Assembly (NCBI GenBank): GCA_048213135.1
Contig: PS015502.1
Location: 1-36,726, forward strand
DNA length: 36,726 bases
Source of the DNA: Reclinomonas americana ATCC 50394
Taxonomy: Eukaryota
Reading direction: 5' to 3'
Positions 23,612-34,562 of the stretch are shown here, piece by piece; positions within the stretch are counted from its first letter, which is position 1; each line of letters starts with the position of its first letter. A program made the position numbers and the translations under genes. The notes under the pieces were generated by a model. It worked only from the letters and a program-made list of their open reading frames with translations, was not told the DNA's origin and made no database searches.

Positions 23612-26121
23612 ATGGGTCTTCGTGAGTTTCTGCGACGGACGAATCAAAAGGTCTCTCTACTCCCTCCCCCTCCTTGTGTGGGTGTGTCTGTGTCTCTCTG
23701 TGAGTGTCATGTCGCCTCACATACGATACGTGTCTCTTGTGCTCTGTGCTCTGTGTGTGTGTGTGGGAAATGGCCGTCGTCGTCGCAGTTCCTGCAAGGC
23801 GTGGGATTGGCCAAGGCCACTGGTGCGTGTGTGTGAGTGCGCGTGTGACTCTACACACACATGCGCAATCGAGCTCATGTCGAAAAATCGCATTGTTCCA
23901 TCGCATCGCATCCGCAGAGGACGAGGTCTTTGAGGCGACCAAGCAGCACGTGGGCGACTTGAAAAAGTGTGCCAAGCGCTTCGAGCCCATTCTGCGCAAC
24001 CTCAGTGCGCAGTTGGCGATTGTGGTCGGCACGCTGCTGGAGTTGGAGACGGCGTTTGAGGAGGTGTATGAGCCCAAGACGCGTTTGCGCGGTGCGGTGC
24101 TGGAGCTCAAGGAGAATGTCGAGTCGGTGCACAAGTCGTTTGATGCGTTTGTTGCGTGCACCGCTCTAGTTGTGCCCTTGTCTCGAGAGTGGCGATGATG
24201 ATGACGAAGGAAATCAATGGACACTGCAGAACGCCAAGATTGAGGAGGTTGCCGTGGAACCGGTGACGCGTTACTTGGGCTTGTGGGGACCGCTTGAGGT
24301 ATTCGTCACTTGCGATGATGTGCTGCATCATGGTTGTGACCGACTGTGATGTGTGCGCAGGAGAAAATGAAGCAGCGGCAAGACTTCATGTTGGATTTCG
24401 ACTCGCGTCGGCGGAAGCTGGCCAAGACGGAGAAGTCCAAGTCGCCGGATCCAGAGGTCCTGCAGCGGGTGCGTACTGTGGTGCAGCAGCTGTTGCGCAC
24501 ATTGTACTCGGTCGCTCACGGTGTACTGCTCGAATCGCAGCGACGCAACAAGACTGCGCAGTCCAAGGAGCAGTACGAGACCATGAACTTGGAATGTGTG
24601 CAGACCATGACGGACATGATCCGCAAGAAATTCGAGTTCTTCGATCCTCTCCTGATCAACGTTGAGTGCACGCACACTGCTGGGCTGTGTGCACTACTCA
24701 CTGCATTTCACTGACACCGTGGTGTGCGAAGGTGAACCTTACGGTGCTTGAACTTTTTGCGTCGATGAGTTCGAGCCTGGACAATGTGCGGCCAACCATG
24801 GCGCGCCTCAAGCGTGAACAGGCGTCGTACGTGTACCAATACGACGAAGATGATGATGTCGTGTTGCGTGTTTTGTCGGTCGTGCGCCCGTCCATAGAAG
24901 CCTCCTGGCTGACTCCGCTTCATCTCCCCCCGTTGAATCGCGCAGCGAGGGCGCATCGGCAAGTGCTGCAAGCGGCTCCTCGGCAGCTGCAGCCGCTGAC
25001 TCCCCTGCGCCAACTCGGCGCATGAGTCAGGTGTGTGTGTGCATTTATTTTTTTCGTGCTGACTGCGCGTCACTGACACCGTCGACAATCTCTGCAGTCG
25101 TCCATCACACCGCCGGTGGCAGCGTCGGCAAGCGCGGCCAGTGCGGCGCCCAACCGAAGAGTTTCGCGTGGGAATAGGGCATTTTGAAAGAAGAATGTCA
25201 TCAATATGCGTTTCCTCACAATTAATGTGTGTGCGTGTGTGCAGGCGACTGTGACTGGTTAGTGTTCCTTTGTGCTTGTTCTCGACATTGCTTGTGCGCT
25301 CATTGCATTTTATTTTCCTTGACCCAGGTCGCCCTCTGGATGGTGCGGAACCACTCGTACGCCTTGTTTGTCTGTCTGTACAACTCACCAACATCTGTCT
25401 CACAGTGTCATCGACGCCGGCCCCAGCTGCTGCTTCAGCGGCCAGTGGCGGTCATAATGACGACGACGACTTTGGCGCTCTGCGGGGCGGTCGGCGTCCA
25501 GTAAGCAGTTGCGTCGTTGCCTCTTCCATCGCCGTGCGTTTTTTCCACGATCGCTGATTTATGTGAATTCGAACGCAGTGGCATCTGCACCAGTCGCGCC
25601 ACCCAAGCCCGCTGCTGCTGCATCTCCGGCTCCAAGCGCGCCGCCGGCTCGTGTCGCACCTGGTAATCTTACACTTTCTGGCGCTCCTGGATCGTACCGC
25701 GTGACCTCATCCTCGCTTCGTATGAAAATGCAGTGGCAGTCGCACCCGTCAAAGCACCAGCCGCCGACGATTGGGCTAACGACGACTGGAGTGGTTTCGA
25801 GGACTTTGACTCACCGGCACCCGCCCGTGCCCCGCCCGCCGCAGCAAAATCCAGTGCCGCGCCTGCTGTCACCAGACCATCCAACCGCACCGGTGCGGTC
25901 GCAGCCCCCGCTGCAACCGCGAACCCCTTTGATGATGACGACGACGGCGACAGCGACTCGGTGCCTCGTCCACAGTTCGGCGCCGGTGCACCCAAGAGCG
26001 GTTCTCTACTTCACGGCGGCAGCGGTGCGAACATTGCGTGCCAACACTCACCAGTTGATGACAGTGTGTACTGACATTCTTTGGTGCAGGTGGCGGAGAC
26101 GATCCATTTGGTTTCTTTTGA
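23612..26121 (+). CDS. Amphiphysin/BIN-like N-BAR protein with a low-complexity tail carrying endocytic motifs, no SH3 domain
   Basis: MGLREFLRRTNQK|FLQGVGLAKAT|EDEVFE… followed by BAR helices (KMKQRQDFMLDFDSRRRKL; SKEQYETMNLE; FEFFDPLL). Tail has DDFGAL, DDWANDDWSGFEDF, NPF and terminal DDPFGFF-TGA. Confidence 0.8.
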
Positions 26122-26410
26122 GCGCGTTACTCTTATCCACGTCCCACAACCCATGTAATTTTTTGAATGGAATGTGTTGATACCCCGTTCACTTGGTGTT
26201 GCGTTCACAATCCACACTGGGAGGCGAGCAGCACTGAGAGAGGAGAGAAGAACACATTCGACTGCGACAGAGTTGTTTTTCTGGTTGCGGTCCTGCCGAT
26301 ACGAGCAGCCTTGGTTGGCTTGTTCGAAGGAGAAGGACGGGCTGGATCAGAGACAAAAGACAAGGAAAGGTACAGAGAAATGTCCAGAGGCTGGGCGCCA
26401 TGTGCGCGTC

Positions 26411-29400
26411 TTACTGGCCCAGAGCGGCCCAGGTGAAGTCCACGGCTGGAGCACCAGGTCCTGGCACTGCAGCGCACACGGATCATGAGATCGAGAAACA
26501 AAAGAGGCGCATCGATCGGCAGCACGCAACGGCCAAGTGCAGGGCCAGCCGGGTTCGTCCACGCGAGGCACGCCTGGAAGGCAGTGGCGGTCACATTGGC
26601 CGTCGTCAGGGAAATAGAGTAGGCGAGCGCAGTGCCGGCCACATCGTAGACCGTGCGACTGGAGGAGTTGAGCTGCCAGCCGCGAGCAAACACCACCACT
26701 TGCGGCGCTGAAGTGAATGGCGTCGAAAACGTAATCGTGGTGCATGTAGCCGAGGTCAGTGTGCCCTGGACGCACATAAAGAGAGTGGCAGTCAGTGACC
26801 AGCTGGCATCCGCACCGAGTACCACCAGTCACGCACCTCTCCACCCTTGAGTCCAACGCCACCAGCATTGCCAGTCGCCTGCATGGCAATCCACGAGTAC
26901 ACGAGACGCGACACGCGAGCATCGGCGTACGCCCAGGCGCTACGCAGCAAGCGACGTACATGAATGAGGCACAAGAGAAATGTGCAACGGATAACCACGA
27001 CGGATAACACACACCGATGCGTAAACGACTGTGTGCTCACACCCTCGACGGTGCCCGTAAAGTGCGCCGGACGGCGACCGTCCAAGTGCAAGTGACGAAG
27101 CGCTGCAACCACAGTGGGCGGCGAGTTGAAGCCGAGGAGCGACTGATTGACGGCCTGATCGCGGCCCGGATCGGCAAGGAGCGAGCCAGACGGCGGCAGC
27201 GAGAACCAGTCGGAGCGCACTTGCGAGGAGTGGCTGACGGTGCCCTGGGCGGTGGCGCCGAGGTTGTGCGGCGTATAATGCGCCAGGATGTTGACTTGCA
27301 GATTCGTAATGCTATCACTGGCGTAGGCCAGGCAGCGCAGTGTCATGAAGCGCACATCGACACGCTGCACGGAGAGAGCAAAACACAATTTAGATCACAC
27401 CCGGTCGCAAAACTGGTCACATGGAAAACACACCGTAGTCGAGCAATACACGCGCGAGTCACTGACATCGGCCACAGCAAACGCAGAGATGCCGACGAGA
27501 ACGTCCGGGGTGCCGGCTGACGGCAGGAACATGCATGTGAGAATTGCAGGGATAGGCACCCAGCATACAAACACGCGCCAACAAACCGAAGCGCGAGTGA
27601 TTCGTCGGGTCCCACTCAATCTGCGTCTCAAAGGTGCGACTGCCCGTTCCGCCGTTGAACAGAGAATTCGCCCAGTCGGGGAAGAGCGGATCGGCGGCGA
27701 CCGAGGAGTTGACAATGTCTACAACGTAGCGCGCGTGAGCAGTCGATCTGTGTACCAAAGAAATCCCCCCGAGTGGACGCAACGAGTGCCCACAGCAATG
27801 ACACCACCAGGCACGGCAGCCCACGTAGTCCCGTCCGACTTGAGGTAGCAGACCTGGTAGGCGCCGCTGCTGGTGAACGTGGCCGTGGCGCCAAACGAGG
27901 TGCATGTGCCATCGGTGCCACAGTTCTTCACACCGACGTCACCCGCAAGCGGGTCGTTTGACGGAAGCGACGATGCGAACGTGCCCACCGTCGCCGGGCT
28001 GTTGCACAGATCCTTGCCAAAGACGACGGCCTTGATCTGGAGTGGTGCACATACACACTGAGTTCGCGAACGAGAAATGCGTGCTGGTCACCATGCACGC
28101 ACATTGATGCAGCTGGTGAAGCGACCGAGAAGGCGAACGAGAGCCGCGGTGTTGGGGAGAAGACCATCCGCAGACGACAGTGTGGGAGTCGAATTCGGAG
28201 CCGCTGCACGAGGGGCGCGTCAATGCAACTGGCCAGCAACAAAACACACCAATATGCGAGCACGAACCAGAGACAGCAAACTTGCCAAAGTCGACATCGG
28301 CGTTGCTGGAAGCAGAGAGCTTGCCACACAGACGATATGGACCGGGTGTGGCCAGAGTAGTGCACGAGCTGCGCGTGTCGACTTGCAGCTCCAGACCAGT
28401 CAGGACGGTGGATCCCACCGTGATTGTGGTGTTTGGCAGCGAGGTGCCATTGCATGCCGAGGTCGACGACACGTAGAACACGTTGCCGGCACCGGGCGTC
28501 AGTGCGGACAAGTCACCGCCCGTCACCGTGATCGTGGCACCGATAATGCCCGAAGGCACCACATACACGCCCGACGACACCGTCGGCGACACTGTGCCAC
28601 ACACGTTAGGAAACAGAAAGACCCATGTGGGAAAAAAGTAGAATCGACGCACAGATAGACACGGACAGGAAGAGCACCGGGCTGTATGAGACACCGCCAT
28701 TGATCGACTGGCACAGAGTGAGTCCAGTGTAGCCAGAGGAGGTGGCCAGGGTGTTGAAGTTGAGTGTCACCGAGGTGGCAGAGGTAAAGGTCGTGATGCT
28801 GATCTCCGTCTGGGTGGCAGCATCTTGAGTGCACGCCGCATTACTGAAGAGGTTGAACACCGTAAGGGCGGTGTTGCTGAAACCGCCACCGATGACCACA
28901 ACCGGCTGCGTCAGGGTGCTGGTCAGCAGCAGGATGCTCGTGGGCGAGACCGCGCACGGGCCAGCCACAGTCACAGTCGCGCCAGTCGGCGTGTAGGTGA
29001 TGCCGCCGTTAGTCGACGCACACAGCGTGAACGTGCCCGGTGCGACATCACCAGCCGCACTGGCAAATACCAACGTGGCCGAGGTCGCAGAGTTGATCGT
29101 TGGAGTGACAGTGGGGTTCGTGGCAAGAGTTCCGCACAACCCCGTGCTCAGCACTGAGGTCGTCAGTCCAAACACCGGAGCGACGAGCGGGGCCGAGACG
29201 GTGAAGTTGGATCCCGCGACATCCACACTCTGTGTGAAGGGACCTCCGACCGCTGCACGCGCACGCGTGATCAGCAGTGCACCAGAGCCGCGAGAGATGA
29301 CAAGAGGGAATACGGGCAAACCTGCATTGCACTGGCCAGCGTAGATGGTCGGCTGAGTGCTGACACATGTGCCGGTGATGGTCACCTGCACGCCCACGTA

Positions 29401-32400
29401 GCCCCAGTTGCCGTTGGAGCGGGTCTGGCACAAGAACATCGGAGCGCCGAGCGGGGTCGCCTGATTGCTCGTGTCGAAAATCAGACTCTGCGTCGTCGAT
29501 GTGGAGGCCGGTGTGCTTGCGGCACGGATGCGAACGGTGGTAAGCTGACCCGTGACACACTGGTCCGAATCAAACAGGCCAAGTCGGTAGGTACTGTTGG
29601 CCGCGGGAAGCGACAAGCCGGTAAAGCTAATGGTGGTCAGGTTGGTGGAAACCGAGCACGCCGGCTGCAGCTGCACGGTCGCAGGCGATGTGAGGCACGA
29701 GCCGTTGTTGCGGAGGACAACGCCTACACAACAACAGAGTTGGTGCGTCAGGCATGGGTGGAGACAAACGAACTTGTGAAACATAAACAAACCAGTGTGA
29801 GAGTAATGGCCATTGTCGCCCGCGGAAGTGGAACACAGGTACAGGTTGCCAGTGATCGTGGCGTTGCTGGTGAACGTCAGCGACAGAGACGTGTTTGCAG
29901 TCACCGTAGTCGGCGAGGAGACTATCACATGGCTGCCTTGATTTGCCGTGCAAGCGGCGTCGGTAAACACAGCGTACTGCGCACGAGTGCATGTGCATGT
30001 TGATAGTCAGCTTCCTTGTGTCGTACTGATACGTATGGATAGCAATTACCGCACCGTGTTCGACGCCGCCAAGTCCGTGCCCGTCAGCGTCACCACACGC
30101 GCAACCGCACACTGAGCACCACCTGACCTGTCGGCAATCACAATGCGCGTCGGCGAGAGCGAGCAGGCACCAGCCACTCGCACAGTTGCACCCTGTCGTC
30201 GAGCACAGTGAGCAAGAATGGAGCGTATCGCGCGAAAGATGAATCGTACGCAGGAATCACCGTGTCTACGTAGTTGCTCTGTGTGGACAGGTTGCGCACG
30301 CAAAGGTGCAGCACGGTGGCAGACGATGTCAGGCGGTTGACGGTATTGAAGCCGAGAGTTTCCATGTTCACACTGTCGACTGCAGTGCGCGAAATGGTGA
30401 TCGAGGTTTCCAGGGTGTCGCACGTGGTCGTAGTTGCCAAGGCGTACACCTGGTTCGGGTACGCTGCCGCCGTCTTGAAGCTCGAACCGAATACGCCCAC
30501 CGACAGAATGGCCGGATCCGGAATCGTCTGACCCACCACTGCCACGGTGCGCCTGTGGTAATCAATCGCAATACAGATTGTCAGCATCTCATGGAATGGA
30601 CAGAGATGTGCACGCACGAGGAGAAGCGCAGAGAAATTCAACTGTCGGACGAAGCAGGAACCAGGAGTCAAGCGGATGTTGGGGTTGGCGGAGAAGACCG
30701 TCTTCTGAATGCACGATCCGTCGTTGCGGATGACAGCACCCGTCCATGCGAAGCTGCCGGCGTCCGCGGCCGAAGAAGAGCAGAGGTACTGGTCGCTGTC
30801 CGCGACCAATGTGGCCGATGTCAGCGCCAGCGACATGCTGGTGAGGCCGGAGACAGTAGTGGGCGACGCTGTCGTGACAGCGGGGCTTGCAGTGGAGGCG
30901 CAGGCTCTATCCGTGAACACGCGATACTGCGCAGATTTCACACATGCACGAGGACAATGAGTGCCGGCGACAACAGGCAAATTGGCTGCACTCGAAAGAG
31001 TGCAAAACGCAACTGTCTTGGCCGGATCCAGCTGAGTGCCCACAAGAGTAAACGTGCGAGTCAACAAGGCATTCGTACAGAAGGGATCGGTCATCAAGAT
31101 GGACAGCGGTCGAGTGACACAAGAGCCGTCGACCAGGATGGTGGCGCCGGTGAACATCCAGTTGGTGCCACTGTCAGCACTCTTGAAACACTGCGCGGAC
31201 ACTACAGTAAAGACACGGGCGCAGGTGACGCTGAGACGGCAGATGAGTGTTTAAACACACGAACCACGTATCCAGGGCTGGTGTTGGTTGCCACAACCGA
31301 GGTCAGCGTAAACTCCAGCCGCTGATCCGTAGCACTCCAAGTCGCACCCGAAGCACTATTGGCGACCGTGCACAGCGTCAGATGACAAGCGCACAATGAG
31401 GTATACAAAGCTGACACCACACGCAACGAAGGAACAAGCGTGTAGCCCGTACGCTGCGTCGAGCAGGTGTTTTCATCGAAGACAGCGTAGCTCTTGGCGG
31501 CGTTCGCAGGGAGCGAAGGGTCGAGGAAACCACTGCCCTTGACGGAGATGGCTTGTGTGTTGGAGATGCAAGTGCCCGGGGTGAGGGCGACAGGGAATGT
31601 GTTGGTCAGCGCGCCGGCCGAGATACACGGCCCATCCACACGGACAACCGAGCCCGTCCACGAGCTGCGCGGTGGGAGGTAAGACGTGCACATATGTACA
31701 TGTTTGTGTGTGCAAGGTGAGTAACAACAGGTCACGAAACTACTGGCCATTGTCAGCCGCCACATCCGTGCTGCACAGGTAAAAGTTCGCCGTGGATGCG
31801 GTGACTGAATTGAAATCCAGCGTCAAAGTCGACGTGCCGAACACAGGGTTAGCGACGGTGACGGCCGTGGCCACGGTGGCGCATGCCGAATCCGTCGTGA
31901 TTTCGTACTTTTAGTTGAGAGAGAGAGAGAGAGAGAATACAATATGTCAGCCACGTGTGCGCATCGCCAGACCGCCAAACAACGTACCGCATTGTTGTTC
32001 TCGATACCGAAGCCCGACACGGTGATTGTACGAGTTGATGTGCACACTGCAGCACCCGGGTCGGGGAGCTGAATGCGGGCAATCGTGTTGGTGCACACGC
32101 CGCCGACATTGACAACCGGGCCTAGAACAAACATGTAAATGTCATTATGCGGCGGCCGTGCATGTGAACGGAGGCACACATACAAAGTACGCACCAACAA
32201 ACGCCCAGTTGCTTGTGTTGCCTCGACGCATGCAGAGGACGAACGAGGTGTTCACACTGGGACGGTACACAGTGGTCTGGAACGACAGCTTCTGGTTCCC
32301 CGTGTCGGTCACGCTGTCGAGCAGAATCGTCACTTGGAGGTTGATATTCGCCGGATCGCAAGTTTCAAATACCCCGTTGCCAGTGCTGGCGAACAAGGCA

Positions 32401-33121
32401 TACTGCTTGACTGCACGTACACACAGAGAGTGGTGAGGGTGAGAATATTCGAGGCGTGTGCACGTGAGACTGCGAACCAGGGAAGTCTTGGAAGGGATTG
32501 CCAGTCACAGGAATGATCTGCGGCTCGTCAAAGCAACCGCCGCGGGTGACCTTGATCAGCGGAGTGTCGATGCATGTCGCGCCGACCCACACATCAATGC
32601 CCGTGTTCACGCCATCGGCAAACAGGAAGAAGTGCGTGTCGAAAACAGCTGAAGGGGCGGAGTCAAACTGCAGCCGGAGTGTCGTCGGCTGCAAGTCGAA
32701 AATGTTGGCACCAAATGCAAAGTTGGCGCCCGCGTCCCGTCTGCAGAAAGGAAACGAATCGACAAGAGCTCAGCATTGGCGGCGGTTAGTGGTGGGAGCG
32801 AGAGTGTGCAAAGTACGTACACAGAAAACGTGGTGCCAAAGTTGTAGATGGTGTCCAAGCTGGTGCCAGTGAAATCAATGACTTGCACATATCCACCGGT
32901 GGTGAACTTGACGCAGTCGGACGGGGCCAGGAACACCGCCGTGGGCGTCTCCAACGCTGCACACAGAAAAGATTCCATTAGTGGGTGGAAAGGAGTGGAC
33001 AAGAGGCGAGACAGCGCTCACCTCCATCCGCGTGCGTCGCGTGCAACAGCACCAAAACTGCGACAAGCATGGTCGCCAGAGCAACCACAGAGTGGCAGTG
33101 CATTTTGCGGGTAGCACTCAT
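26411..33121 (-). CDS. Large secreted protein: signal peptide, about 12 Cys-containing beta-sandwich-like repeats, 3 C-terminal H-type lectin-like domains
   Basis: MSATRKMHCHSVVALATMLVAVLVLLHATHA-DG signal peptide. Recurrent Y/F-x-L-C…G…TG-x-V-x-V-x-G-x-C motif about every 100-120 aa. C-terminal PDVLVGISAF, FNSPPTVVAALRHL…YSWIA and ITFSTPFTSAPQVVVF…FTWAALGQ-TAA. Confidence 0.75.
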
Positions 33122-33721
33122 TGTTTCTCTGCGCACAGTGACGATCAGTGAGAACACATCGCAGCGCGCAGCGACGAGGAGAGAAAAGGCAGAGAAAGAG
33201 AGAGAGAGGTGAGAGAAAGAGAGAGAACGCGTTGAAACGAAGGCAAGCAGTGATCATGTGTGCACGCGCGCTCTCTCTCTCTCTCTTGCTACACAGGAGG
33301 GGGAGAGAGCATGGAAGCACGCGTGTGTTTGATACGCACGTCTCCACGCTCCACAGTGCGAGGGGGGGACCGAAACGACCGAAACAAAAGAGACGAAAAT
33401 GTGCGGCTTCGCGCGCGCGCGAAAGCCAACGTCTCTGTAACGGCCGCATTTTCTTCTCTGTCGCCGGTGCTCGCTCGTCCGTCCCCGCCGCTGTTGTGTT
33501 GTCGTTGGCCACCGCCGCCTGCGTAGAGAAAGGAACGCACGAGTACTTCCATTGAACATCGCCAGAAGTGCCTGTCTGTATACAGCTGCTGCACGAACAC
33601 CGGCCGTCGTCGCTTACGCACTCGCATTTCGCTCACGCGTGCTTGGCGGACTCGGCGGACTCACTGCATTGCACACACCACCTGCCCCCACACACGGCAC
33701 TTCCGTATATCGTATCGCACG

Positions 33722-34469
33722 TCAGTCTACATTGAAACTCTCACCACATCCACAGGTGCCCTTGGCATTGGGATTGGTGAATGTGAACTCACTGGCCAGT
33801 CGCGTCTCCTGTGCATCGCCCGTCGCAGGCTGGTTGAGTTCGACATGCACCTGGAGAGGGGAAAAAGGAGAGGAGAGCAACACACACCTTATAGTCCATC
33901 TCCACTCCCAGCAAGTACATGAGTGCCTTTGGCTCGATGACCACACGGACGCCTGCGACCAAGAGGAGGAATGAGAGAACACGCAAGCACATGCGCGTGA
34001 GAGAGGTACACGCACCCTTCGTCTCCACCACCTCCTCAAACTTGCCCGGCGGCTCACGAGCATAGTTGAGTGTGTACGAGAAGCCATTGCATCCACCACG
34101 CCGCACTCCCAGTCGCACTCCATAACAAGGACCGCCACTGTCGCCGCTCTGCTCCGTCTGCATTCGCATCAACTCCGCAATTCGCTCCGCCGCCGCATCA
34201 GTCTGCCGCCCACCAATCACATCACTCATCAACCAACCATATCTCACGTGCACACTCCTTACCAATGTCAAAACTTCTTTCCGTGGTCGTAGCCGCGCAG
34301 CTGGTCGCTCCGGCAACGGTGCACCACCACTCGCGCCTCCACGCCGATCGCACGCTGACGTGTCGCGAGCTGCGGACGACGACAAGGATGACATGGAACG
34401 GGGTGGTGCCCATGCGGCGACGACTGTAAACTCCACGCGAGACAACCGCGTCACTAGCGCACGCAGCAT
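33722..34469 (-). CDS. ISCA1: Iron-sulfur cluster assembly A-type carrier, mitochondrial ISCA1; 3 introns
   Basis: LTL|TDAAAERI…GVRLGVRRGGCNGFSYTLNY…GVRVVIEPKALMYLLGVEMDYK|ETRLASEFTFTNPNAKGTCGCGESF, the HesB/IscA signature, preceded by an Arg/Ser-rich presequence. Confidence 0.95.
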
Positions 34470-34562
34470 CGTCGCTCTTTGAGTAAGGATGCGCGGATTC
34501 CACGACAATCAACAAACAATTGTCGACTGCTTTCCAAGTGCGTTGGGCGTGGACTGGGGAGG
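34470..34562. promoter_or_regulatory. Putative compact bidirectional promoter (ISCA1 / DUF4422-like gene)
   Basis: 93 nt between the divergent ATGs at 34469 (-) and 34563 (+). Confidence 0.5.

Noticed and set aside
23490-23850. TG/TC-rich tracts as a repeat array or mobile element
   Set aside because: Simple microsatellite-like low complexity in a promoter and introns, with no terminal repeats, spacers or transposase.
26792-31325. Long plus-strand ORFs (e.g. 30306-31325, 27017-27520) antisense to the lectin gene
   Set aside because: These are shadow ORFs of GC-rich coding sequence with no recognisable domains.
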